A stretch of DNA of 64,000 nucleotides from positions 248,001-312,000 of the forward strand of contig JANHCV010000006.1 in the NCBI GenBank assembly GCA_025594325.1, read 5' to 3'. The notes below the pieces were generated by a model. That model saw only the letters and a program-made list of their open reading frames with translations, did not search any database and had not been told where the DNA came from. Source of the DNA: Blastocladiella emersonii ATCC 22665 (taxonomy: Eukaryota > Fungi > Blastocladiomycota). Position 1 is the stretch's first letter. Each line of letters opens with the position of its first letter. A program made the position numbers and the translations under genes. This document shows, in pieces, positions 23,601 through 34,500 of this stretch.

Positions 23601-26600
23601 TCCTTCTCCTTGAAGAACTTGTGGACGCGCGCCGGGTTGACGGCGCACATGCCGTAGTTGGACGACCCGTCGGCCGCGCGCACCACGGCGTGCTGCATGG
23701 TCATGCCGCGGTAGAAGACAATGTCGACGAGCGACTCAACGGGGAGCACGTCGGCGACCGACGCGAGCGCCGCGTACTCGCCGAGCGAGTGGCCAGCAAA
23801 GGGGCAGTCGGGCGGGACGAGGCCGTGCGCCTCCATGTCGGCGAAGGCGGCCTTCTCGACGAGCGTGAGGGCGGGCTGCGTGAACTGCGTCGCGTACAGG
23901 AGGCCCTGGGGCGCGTGGAACGTGTACGACTCGGTGTCCTCGGTGACGGTCGGGAACAGCGACTTGGTGGTGACCTTGCCGTCCTCGCCGACGGCGTCGT
24001 ACGTCATGGACATGTAGTTGGCGCGGATCGCGCGGCCGCGCTTGCCGCCGAAGTGGACCGTCTTGGCCTTGGGGTTGGTGCGGACGATCTCGATGATGGA
24101 GAACCCGAACTCGCGCTTGAAGTGGGCGTCGGCGCGGTCCCAGATCTCGCGGGCGACGGGCGACGACGCGTACAGGTCCATGCCCATGCCGACCTCCTGC
24201 GAGCCCTGGCCCGTGAACACGAAGCACGACGTGGCCTGCGCGACCTGCGCGGTCCCCTTGACGAGGACGCGGCCGTCGGCGGCCGCCGCCGTCGTCACGT
24301 CAATGATCTTGCGCCCGTTCTGCATGCCGACGTGGCGCAGCGTGGTCGTGAGCTCCGTGTTGGGGACGCACATGTCGACGAAGTCGACGGCGAACGAGAG
24401 CACGCGCGACGGCTGGTTCTCGGCGGCGTGCAGCTCGACGACGCGGCGGGTCATGGCCGACGTCCACATGCCGTGGGTGATGGTGTCGGGCAGGCCGGCG
24501 AGGTCGGCGAGCAGCGGGTTGGTGTGGATCGGGTTGTAGTCGCCCGAGACCGACGCGTACGCCGTGTTGGAGGCAGGCGCGGTGAACTTGGACGTGTGCA
24601 CCGTGTATCCGGCGCCGTTGGCGGCACCGGCGCCCTCGAACAGGCACGGCTGCTCGACGGTGACGCCGCCGAGGCGCTGGAGCATGGCGACGACGGGCGA
24701 CGTCTGGACGGCGAGCGGGTGGTCGCACGCGAACATGACGTGGCCGACGGTCAGGGTCTGCTCCATGTGGACCATCTCGATGGTGCCGGTCGTGTGCAGC
24801 GACGCGTAGGCGGTGCTGGACTGGTACTCGACGTGGGTCTTGAGGCGGAACACGAGCGTGGACCCGACGGCGACGGGGACGGGGCTGGCGGCGTCGAAGG
24901 AGATGTACTCCTTGGCCTCGAGCACGGCGAGGTCCTGCGGGCGGCGCACCGTGAGCGAGATGGGCTCCTCGTCGACGTTGTCGAAGGTGCGGTGGTAGTC
25001 GTCGAAGGCGCCGCGGACGAAGAAGGCCGACGTGACCTCGACGAGCGCGGTGCCGTCGCGCGCGAGCGTGCCCTTGACCGTGATCTTCTTGCCCGTCGGC
25101 GTGTTGGTCATGGAGATGACCTCGGCCTGGGTCTCGATCTTGTCGCCGGCGTAGACGAGCGACCCGGGGACGAGCACCTTGAACGAGTTGCTGAGGTGGA
25201 CGAGCTTGAGCAGGTCGCCGTCGATGAGGCCCGAGAAGAGCGGCTGCACGACGGCCTGCCACCCGGCGACGATGGCGTAGTCGAGCGGCGCCGCGAGCCG
25301 GTCCTGGCCGCGGTCGACAAACTGCTCGGCGTCGTTCTGGACCACCTTGCAGAACCGGGCGATCGAGTCGCGGTCGACGACGTGCGACGACGTGCACTTG
25401 CGCGCCTCGCCCTTGACCACCTCGGTGGCCCACAGCGCCGCGTAGAAGGCCTTGACGCGGGCGTTGCGGCCGTCGAGCTTCTCGTGGATCAGCGCGTACG
25501 GCGTCTCGGGCGAGTACCGGAACACGAGGTCGAGGCTGGCCGCGTGGTCGTCATACGCGTGCGTGAGCGTCATGGTGATCTCGTCACCCGCACCACGGCG
25601 GATCACGAGCCCGGGGGTGCGCGCGTCGTGCAGCGTGAGGGCGAGCTCGGTCGGCGTCACGGCCACGGACATGCCGGCGCGCGGCGCGAGGAGACGCGGC
25701 ACGTAGTTGTCGGCGAGCATGCGGCCCTGGACGACGTGCTGGGCGAGGACGAGCGCGCGGAGCCAGTCGGGGGCGCCGTTGCCTGCGACGAGCGTGGCGA
25801 GCCACGTCGCGGCCGCGGGGAGCTTGGCGGCGTCGGTCGGCAGCTCGAAGATGCGCTTCGGGCCCGAGACCGAGACGAGGACGTTGGCGGTGGACGGGCG
25901 GCCGGGGAGGGCAAAGTTGGCGAGGTACTCGCGGCGCGGGACGGCGGCGAGGTCGCCGTTGTAGAAGCGGTCGAGGACCGCGGCGATGTGGCCGTCGCGG
26001 ACCGTGTCGAGGATCTTCTTGACGGGCAGGTTGGCGACGTTGGCGTGGCGCGTGGCGACGGGGCCCTGCAGGATGCACACGCGCTGCGCGTCCTCGCCGA
26101 CGACGGCCTCGACGAACTCGGACTGCCACAGCGAGTCCTTCTTGTACCAGGCCTCGAGCGACTCGTCGAGCACGGGGATGAAGGGCGCGGGCTTGCGGAC
26201 CGGACTGGCGAAGGCCGTGAGCAGGAAGAAGACGTCCTCGGTCGTGAGCAGCTGCGCGTGCGCGCGCGGGAAAGCGGCGAGGAAGTCGGCGACGGCGGCC
26301 GTCGGGTCGGCCTTGACGCGGAGCGGGTCGAGGATCGAGTTGACCTTGGCGGCGGCGGCGCCCGACTTGGACGCGGACGCGGGCGTGAAGCGCTCCTCGA
26401 TGCGCAGCAGCACGTCCATGAGCAGCGAGCCGTACGACGCGTCGATCCAGCGCTGGAGCTTGGGCAGGTACGTGAGCTCGAGGATGCGGTTGGCGACCTC
26501 GGCGTACGTCATGTCGGCGAGGTCATCGGCGACGGACCCGTCGGCCTTCTTGCCGAACCACGGGCGGTGCGCGTCCTTGTTGAGGCGGTCGATGAGGTAC

Positions 26601-29600
26601 GCCTTGGACTCGCGGATCTTGGCGGCGCGCTTGTCCTTGGGCAGGTTGAAGACGGTGTCGTCGAGCTCCTTCCACAGCTGGACGCCGCGGGTCGCGACCT
26701 TGTGGATGGGCTCGCCGAGCTCGGACCGGACCGTGAGGATGCCGCCGGTCGGCTTGACGTACGTCTGCTCCCAGTCGGCCTCGTTCTCGACGCCGGGGCA
26801 CGCGACGATCAGCTGCTTGACGGCGTCGGACGTCTTGGCCTCCTTGGCGACCATCATGCGCGAGCCGAACAGGACCGCGTCGAAGGGCATGGCGGGGCGG
26901 GCAAATGCGAGGGCCCAGTCGCCCGTGAGGTACGGGAGCGAGTCCTCGACGCCGCCGAGCCCGGACCCGGCGACGAGCACGAGGTTCGGGCACCGGCGGA
27001 TCGCCGCGTAGTGCTCGAGGATCGGCGCGTGCATGTCCTCGAACGAGTGGTGGCCGCCGGCGCGGCCGCCGGTCCACTGCAGGATGACGGGGACGTGCGG
27101 GTGGGCCTCGGCGATGCGGACGACCTGGAGGATCGCGTCGGCCGATCCGGGCTTGAAGGCGACGTGCTTGATGCCGACCGAGGCCAGCGTGGTGAGGATC
27201 TCGGAGGCGACATCGGGCGACGGCACGCCCGCCGCGACACACACGCCCTCGACCGGGTACCCCTCGCGGCGCAGCGCCTGGACGAGCGGGTACTGGAACG
27301 CCCACTGGCGCGGGTTGAGGAACATCATGTTGATGGTGATGGCGTTGCCGGGCTCGACCTGCGCCATGATCGACTTGACCTTGTCGCGCAGCATGGCCTC
27401 AGTGAAGTGGCCGCCGCCGGCGAGCTCGATGTGGTACCCGGCGTTGAAGACCGCCGAGACGAACTCGCCCGAGACCGTGGTGGGCGTCATGCCGGCGACC
27501 ATGACGGGCGGGCGGCCGACGAGCCGCGTGAACTTGGTGTCGAGGTGCGTGGCGTCGCCGACGCGCACGAGCCGCGGGCGGTACTCGTCGGCCCAGTGCG
27601 CGCCGTACTGGATCTTGGCCTTGCGCGCGTCGAGCAGCGCGTTGAGCCCGAGCAGGCCCTGCGCGACCGTGGTGGTGAGCTCGGTCGCGGAAATCACCTG
27701 GATCCCCGAGCCCTCCTTGTTGCGGTGCAGGAGACCGCCGACGCCCGAGGCGCCGCCGGGACCGAAATCGACAAAGTGCGTGGTCGGCTTGTGCGCCGTG
27801 GCGAGCTCCCAGTCGACGGGGCGCACGCAGATCTCCTCGGCGAGGAACACGGCGAGGTCGGTCGGGTCGGTGATGGAGCGAATGTCCTTGCCTGTTTTCG
27901 GGGATCGGATGATGGTTAGCGTCGTGGTTCTCGACTCGTTCCCCGAGAAAAAGAAAGCGTACCGAGCTCGGTCGAGTACACGGGCATGGCGAGCTTGGCG
28001 GCGTTGAACTTAACGGCAAACTGGGTGCCGACGGCCTCCTCCACCGCCAAACGGATCTTGTCGACGGCGGGGGCGAGGTAGGGCGAGTGGAACGGCGCCG
28101 AGATGGGGAGGAACCGAGCCGTGAACTTGAGCCCGCGCTTGCCGAAGGGGACGCGCGACTCGTCGGTAGCGGCGGGGGTGCGGACCTTGCGGAGTCGGAG
28201 GCACAGGCCGTAGAGCGACTGGGGCGGGCCGGCGACGACCGTGTTCTTGGGCCCGTTGACGAGGGCGACGTGGATGCGCTTGTCCTCGGGCAGGTGGCGG
28301 TTGGTCTCGGCGACGTGGAACCGCAGCGTCTTGAGCGGGAGCGCGCCCGACACGGCGAGCATGGGCGACGGCGTGCCCTCGGCATTGTCGGCCGAGTCGC
28401 GCGTGATGCGCGGCGGCAGCGACGTCGGCGGGAACGCCAGCGTCGCCTGCGTGCCAATGTGGAACAGCAGCGTCAGCGCCTGCAGGGCGTGCTCGAGGAA
28501 CGACGCGTCCGAGTCGGCCGACGCGATGGCGACGGCGGGCACGATGCCCTGCGAGTGGCCCGTCGCGGCTACGATGACGAAGCGTGAGTCAGTGATCTGG
28601 GTCGCGAACACGGCGGTCGAGGATGAAACGGGGTGGCGTGGCGCGTCGACCAGCTGCCGCGTCCCGAGCGGAGAAACTCTCGACGCTGCGCGGGTGGCTG
28701 GCTCGCGCGTATCGTGGCGCGGGAACACCGCGAACAAGTGCCCGAGAAAAAAACGTACCAGAGAACCACGAGCGGCGCGCCTCATCAAACGACCCGCCGG
28801 CGGCCTTGACGGCGACGGCGTACCAGGCGAGCTGGGTGAGGCCGATGAGCGGGAGCGAGACGGGCGCCGAGACGAGGTAGTCGGTGTCGGGGACGTTGGT
28901 GTTGGCGAGCCACTGGCGCACGCGCAGGCCGTTGGGGAACACGCTGCGGACGTCGGCGGGCGACGCCTTGAGCAGCGCCGCGAGGTGCGCGTCGGCCGCG
29001 TCGACGAAATCGCCCACGAGCGGCGCGTACACGGAGGCCGCGCGGCGCAGCTCGTCGAGGTACTCGGTCGTGTTGCCCTGGCCGCCGAACACGGCGAACA
29101 CGGACGGCGTCTTGGCCGAGGCGGTGGCGGGCGACTTGCCCTTGGCCGAGACGGCGACGGTCGACTCCTCGGCGCCGGCGTCGGCGGGCGACGACGGGCG
29201 GTCGAAGAGTGCGGGGCGCGGGGGCGTGACGAGGGCGAGGACCGAGTCGCGCAGCTCGCCGGCGGGGAGGTAGCGGGCGAGGGTGTCGACGGCCGAGTAG
29301 TAGGCCTTGAGGACGGCGGGGCGGTGGTCGCCGGCGGCGAGGTGCACGTTGTTGTCGCCGAGGTAGCGGCGGTGCATCTCGACGACGAGGGCGCGCAGCA
29401 GCGGGAGCGACGCCGACGCCTTGCTTGGCGCGGCCGGGGCCGCGTCGTACGCCGAGATCTCAGTGAAGACGGTGGCGGTTGGGGACGACGACGACGGCGA
29501 CGCGGGCGCGGAGGCGCGCGGGGCCGGGACGCCCGTCGCGGCGACCTTGCGGCACGTGGTGTCGACGACGGCGAGGTACGCCGCGTACACGTCGAGCTCC

Positions 29601-29830
29601 GATACGGCGTCGGGGGCGTCGGCGCCCTCGGACTTGGCGGCGAGGCCGAGGTCGGGATCGGCGCCGTGCAGGGCCTCCTCGGCCATGAAGTAGAGGTCCT
29701 GCGGCAGGAACAGCGAGATCTCGTGGCCGTGGCGCGCGAGCGTGAACTGGCGCAGCATCGGCGTCGCCGCCGCGGTGGTGGTGGTGTCGGCCTGGGCGGC
29801 GGCGGCGGGGGTGGTAGCAATGATAGCCAT
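17690..29830 (-). CDS. FAS: Single-chain fungal type I fatty acid synthase (AT-ER-DH-MPT-ACP-KR-KS-PPT), 4 exons, ~3935 aa
   Basis: Exons 29830-28759, 28568-27963, 27891-19640 and 19567-17690 total 11808 nt in frame. Motifs by domain: AT TGHSQG; ER WTGGRAGGHHS; DH SGDYNPIH; MPT FAGHSLGEY; ACP GGKSTMQNEILGDL; KR TGCGRDSIG; KS TPVGACATA, FHGTGT and LTGHPKGAA; PPT GVGVDIE..FAGRWAAKEA..ISHSGDYAAA. Confidence 0.97.
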
Positions 29831-31557
29831 GGTGGTTGGTGCAACGGTGCAATCGAGTAGAGGAGGAGAGGAGGGCGAGTCGCGTGTAGGTGTAGATATA
29901 CAAAAGAGCTCACTACTGAAGCGCGCGCGAGGAGGACGAGTGTGAGCGGGCGATCGGGACGACGAGTTGGCGGCGGCGAGCGCGATGCGTACGGTAGAGC
30001 GATATACAGGGGACGGCTAGCACGCGCACGCAGAGAGGAGAGAGTTGTCGACGACGGTGAGCTCCCGTGGGAACGGACGAGGGGGGAGGAGGGAGGACGG
30101 TCGAGCGCGCGAGAGAGAGGGAGGACGGGGGGCGGCACGACCTTTTGAGCAGAGCGAGGAACTCTGCGCTGCGAGGAGATGGGTGGGGGGCTGTCGTGCC
30201 GCGTGCGTCGATGCAAAGTCGCAGGAAGTCGCGGGCGGGGCCGTGAGACGCGATGGCGGGGCTGAGCGCGCCGGTGACGGGCGGGCGGGCGGGCGGGCGG
30301 GTGCTGGGGACGGCCGCGCGCGGCGGCGGATCTCCCCCAACACGCGCCCTGCACGCGACGCGCATCCACCCGGCGGCGCGATAGACGTGGCGCCACGGCG
30401 GCGAAACTGGCGAATGGAGCTACGCGGCGCGAAATTGGCCGCTCGACGCGAACAAGCGGGCGGCGGAAAGCAGTGCGCCAAGCGACGCGGCCGGCTGCTC
30501 GGCTCGCCCGCACGCACCCGCGCTATTCCGGGCGACGCAACCTTGGGGATCGCCAGCCAGCCGGCTCCACGCTGGTCGCCGCTGATACGGCGCCCGCGCC
30601 ATCAACCTTGTCGCGTTCATGCGCGAGAGGGGCCGACGCGATCTTGATCGGGCCTCGTCCTCTCTCCCGCACGCACGCACGCCACCGCGGCCGTCGCACC
30701 GCTCATCGCATCGCACCGCGGTCGTGATTGCGCAGAGTTGTGGGAGTCGGGTGCGGGTGCTGTGCAGCGCGAGGGCGGGCGACGACGGCCGAGACTCGCG
30801 GAGAGAAGTCCGAGACCCTTGGCCACGACGCGGGCACACGCGAACCCGACCCGGGAACGCCGATCGCTTCCAGAGCGCGCCTCACACGACGTGCTGAGCT
30901 GCAGGGAGTGCAGATCCCGATTGGACGGGTTGGTTGGGGTGGGAGCCGCACCGGCTTCCTGGACCGCTGGGCTGCAGCGTGCGTGATGGGGGTGGCAGCG
31001 GCGGGCGGGTTGGGGCGCCGCGGGCAAAGCGGTGGGGACCGGTTTCGGAATCGCGGGTCGCGGCAGGCGAGGCGCCACTTTGCGACGTCACAGCGCTCGG
31101 GAATTTGTCTCTGCCTCCGCTCGCTCGCCGCGCCGCGCCGCACCCGCGCTACGCTCCGCCCTCGTCCCCTTGACCGCTTTTGGGGGTCGCCGCTCCCTCC
31201 ACCAGCCTCGAGCGCACCCGCACGCGCTCCATGGAACACGCCTAGGCTCGCGCGATCGTCGTTGCCCGTTGCCCGTCCTCCCTGCTCTGCTCAGCGATAC
31301 AAGAGAGACCCGAGCCCCCCGCCCGCCCCGCCGACCTTCGCGGCGCGTGTCCCTCCCCTCCCCTCGACCTACACTCCAACCCGTTTTGATCCCTCGCAGC
31401 AGCAGCGTGGTCTCGGCAGCATCGTCCCCCTCCCTCGTCTGTCCCTGCCGCTCGCTCGCTTTCCTCCCTGTACAGAGCCGCCCTCGGCACCCTACACCTC
31501 TGTAAACCACCCTCCACCTCCATCGCACCCACCACCGACACCATCATCATCACCAGC
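29831..31557. promoter_or_regulatory. Shared divergent (bidirectional) promoter region of FAS and ACC1
   Basis: The 1727 nt between the two start codons contain no recognisable gene. It includes (GGGC)5 at 30279-30301, GCGCGAAA followed by ATTGG at 30427-30438, and a CRE-like TGACGTCG on the minus strand at 31083-31090. Confidence 0.6.
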
Positions 31558-34500
31558 ATGACCCGCCTTCGCCGCGCCAGTCTGCAGTCGGGCTCCAGCG
31601 CCGTGCGCGAGTACGTCGAGCGCATGGGCGGCCACTCGCCGATCCAGAGCGTCCTCATTGCCAACAACGGCATCGCCGCTGGTACGCTCGATTCTCTCTC
31701 CTCGCCACGAGCGCCGCCGTCGAGAGCCAGCCGACTGACCACGACCGCGCGCTCGCACCAGTCAAGGAGATCCGCTCGGTCCGGAAATGGGCGTACGAGA
31801 CCTTCGGCGACGAGGGCCTCGTCAAGTTCGTCGCCATGGCCACGCCCGAGGACCTGTCGCACAACGCCGAGTACATCCGCATGGCCGACCACTTCATCCC
31901 GGTCCCCGGCGGCTCCAACAACAACAACTACGCCAACGTCGACCTGATCGTCGAGCTCGCCGAGTCGGCCGGCGTCGACGCCGTGTGGGCCGGCTGGGGC
32001 CACGCCTCCGAGAACCCGCGCCTGCCCGACCGCCTCGCCGAGAAGGGCATCGTCTTCATCGGCCCGCCCGGCAACGCCATGCGCGCCCTCGGCGACAAGA
32101 TCTCGTCTACCATCGTCGCCCAGTCCGCCAATGTCCCCACCATGGGCTGGTCCGGCGACGGCATCGTCACCGACGCCCGCAACGCCGACGGCATGATCGA
32201 CGTCCCCGAGGACCTCTACCTCAAGGCCTGCGTCACCGACGTCGAGCAGGCCATCGAGGTCGCTGACCGCGTGGGCTACCCGCTCATGGTACGCTGATTC
32301 TGCTTTCTTGGCGCGCGACCAACCAGATCGCTCACCCGCTCTCCCACCCGTCCGCCCGAATAGATCAAGGCGTCCGAGGGCGGCGGCGGCAAGGGCATCC
32401 GCAAGGTCACGGACCCGTCGCAGTTCCGCGCCGCGTTCGCGCAGGTTGCCGCCGAGGTGCAGGGCTCGCCCATCTTCCTCATGCGCCTGGCCTCGAACGC
32501 GCGCCACCTCGAGGTCCAGATCCTCGCCGACGCGTACGGCAACGCCATCTCGCTGTTCGGCCGCGACTGCTCGGTCCAGCGCCGCCACCAGAAGATCATC
32601 GAGGAGGCCCCCGTCACCATCGCCGACCCGAGCATCTTCGAGGACATGGAGATGTCGGCCGTCCGCCTCGCCAAGCTCGTCGGCTACGTCAACGCCGGCA
32701 CCGTCGAGTTCCTCTACGACGTGGCCTCGAACAAGTACTACTTCCTCGAGCTCAACCCGCGCCTGCAGGTCGAGCACCCGACCACCGAGATGGTCTCGGG
32801 CGTCAACATCCCGGCCGCGCAGCTGCAGGTCGCCATGGGCATCCCGCTGCACCGCATCCCGCACGTGCGCATGCTGTACGGGCTGCAGCCGCATACCACG
32901 TCCGAGATCGACTTCCACTTTGACCACCCGCAGTCGCTCACGATCCAGCGCAAGCCGGCGCCGACGGGCCACGTCATCGCGTGCCGCATCACGGCCGAGA
33001 ACCCGGACGCCGGGTTCAAGCCGTCGGGCGGGCATCTCGTCGAGCTCAACTTCCGGTCGTCGACGGACGTGTGGGGCTACTTCTCCGTGTCGGCCAACGG
33101 CGGGCTGCACGAGTTTGCCGACTCGCAGTTCGGCCACGTGTTCGCGTACGGCCACGACCGCCACTCGTCGCGCCGCAACATGATCATGGCGCTCAAGGAG
33201 CTGCGCATCCGCGGCGACTTCCGCACCACGGTCGAGTACCTGATCACGCTGCTCGAGACGGACGAGTTCGCCAACAACCACTTCTCGACCGAGTGGCTCG
33301 ACGCCCGCATCCAGCAGAAGCTCACGGCCGAGCGGCCCGACCGCTGGGTCTCGGTCGTCACGGGCGCCGCCACCATGGCCTTCCTCGCCGCCGAGGACCA
33401 GAAGGCCCAGTTCCTCAAGTCGCTCGACAAGGGCCAGGTGCCCACGCTCGCCGGCATCAAGGACCAGTTCTCGACCTCCTTCATCCTCGACGGCGTCCGC
33501 TACGACATTGCCGTGACGCTCGCCGCGCGCGACCTGCTCGTCCTGCGCCTCAACGACTCGCACGTCGTGGTCCGCGCCCGCGCCCTCCCCGACGGCGGCG
33601 TCCTCGTCACGTACGCGCAGAAGTCGCACGTCACGTACGCGTCCGACGACGTGGCGGGTACCCGCCTGTCCATCAACGGCCGCACCGTGGTCCTCGAGCA
33701 GGAGACGGACCCGACGCAGCTCCGGTCGCCGTCGCCCGGCAAGCTCGTGCGCTGGCTCATCCCCGACGCCGGCCACGTCGACGCCGGACAGGCGTTCGCC
33801 GAGATCGAGGTCATGAAGATGATCATGCCGCTCGTCGCCACCGACGCCGGTACCTTCGCGCCCGGCCGCAAGCAGCCCGGGTCACCCATCGCCGCCGGCG
33901 AGATCCTCGCCGTGCTCGAGCTCGACGACATGTCGCAGGTCAAGACCGCCGAGGTCTGCGTCGAGCCGTTCCCGTCGTCGATCGCCCGCTCGACGTCGTC
34001 GGCGTCGCTCCTGTCGGCCGCCACCGCCGCGTCCCCGGCCTCGGCCGTCGTCGTCGGCAAGGCCAACAAGGCGCACCAGCGGTACCTCGACCTGCAGCAG
34101 GTGCTCGACCAGGCCGTCGACGGGTTCGAGCAGGTGCAGCCCGTCGCCTCGCTGCTGACGGCGTACCTCGACGTGATCCACCGCCCCGAGCTGCCGTTCC
34201 TCCACACGGCGCAGGTCCTCGGCAGCTACCACGGCCGGCTGCCCAACGGGCTCGAGGGCAAGCTGCTCGACCTCGTCTCGCCCGCGTCGACCGAGACCAC
34301 GCCGTTCCCGGCGGCCGAGCTGCTCGCGCTCCTCGCCACGGTGCCCGACCAGGCGGCCATCGCGCCGATCCTCGAGGTCGTCCACAAGTACGAGGCGGGC
34401 GCCGACGCGCACGCCGTCGCCGAGCTCAACCGCCTGATCCGCCGGTTCCACGCGTCCGAGTCGCCGTTCATGTCGGGCGGCGACGCCGTGCACACCGAGA

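Noticed and set aside
21530-27919. 2129-aa plus-strand ORF (and similar: 3851-7012 minus, 34974-38963 minus, 19617-23648 minus, 35060-38032 plus)
   Set aside because: These are antisense or off-frame shadows of FAS, POL3 and ACC1 caused by extreme GC3 bias. They are R/G/A/V-rich with no domain motifs.
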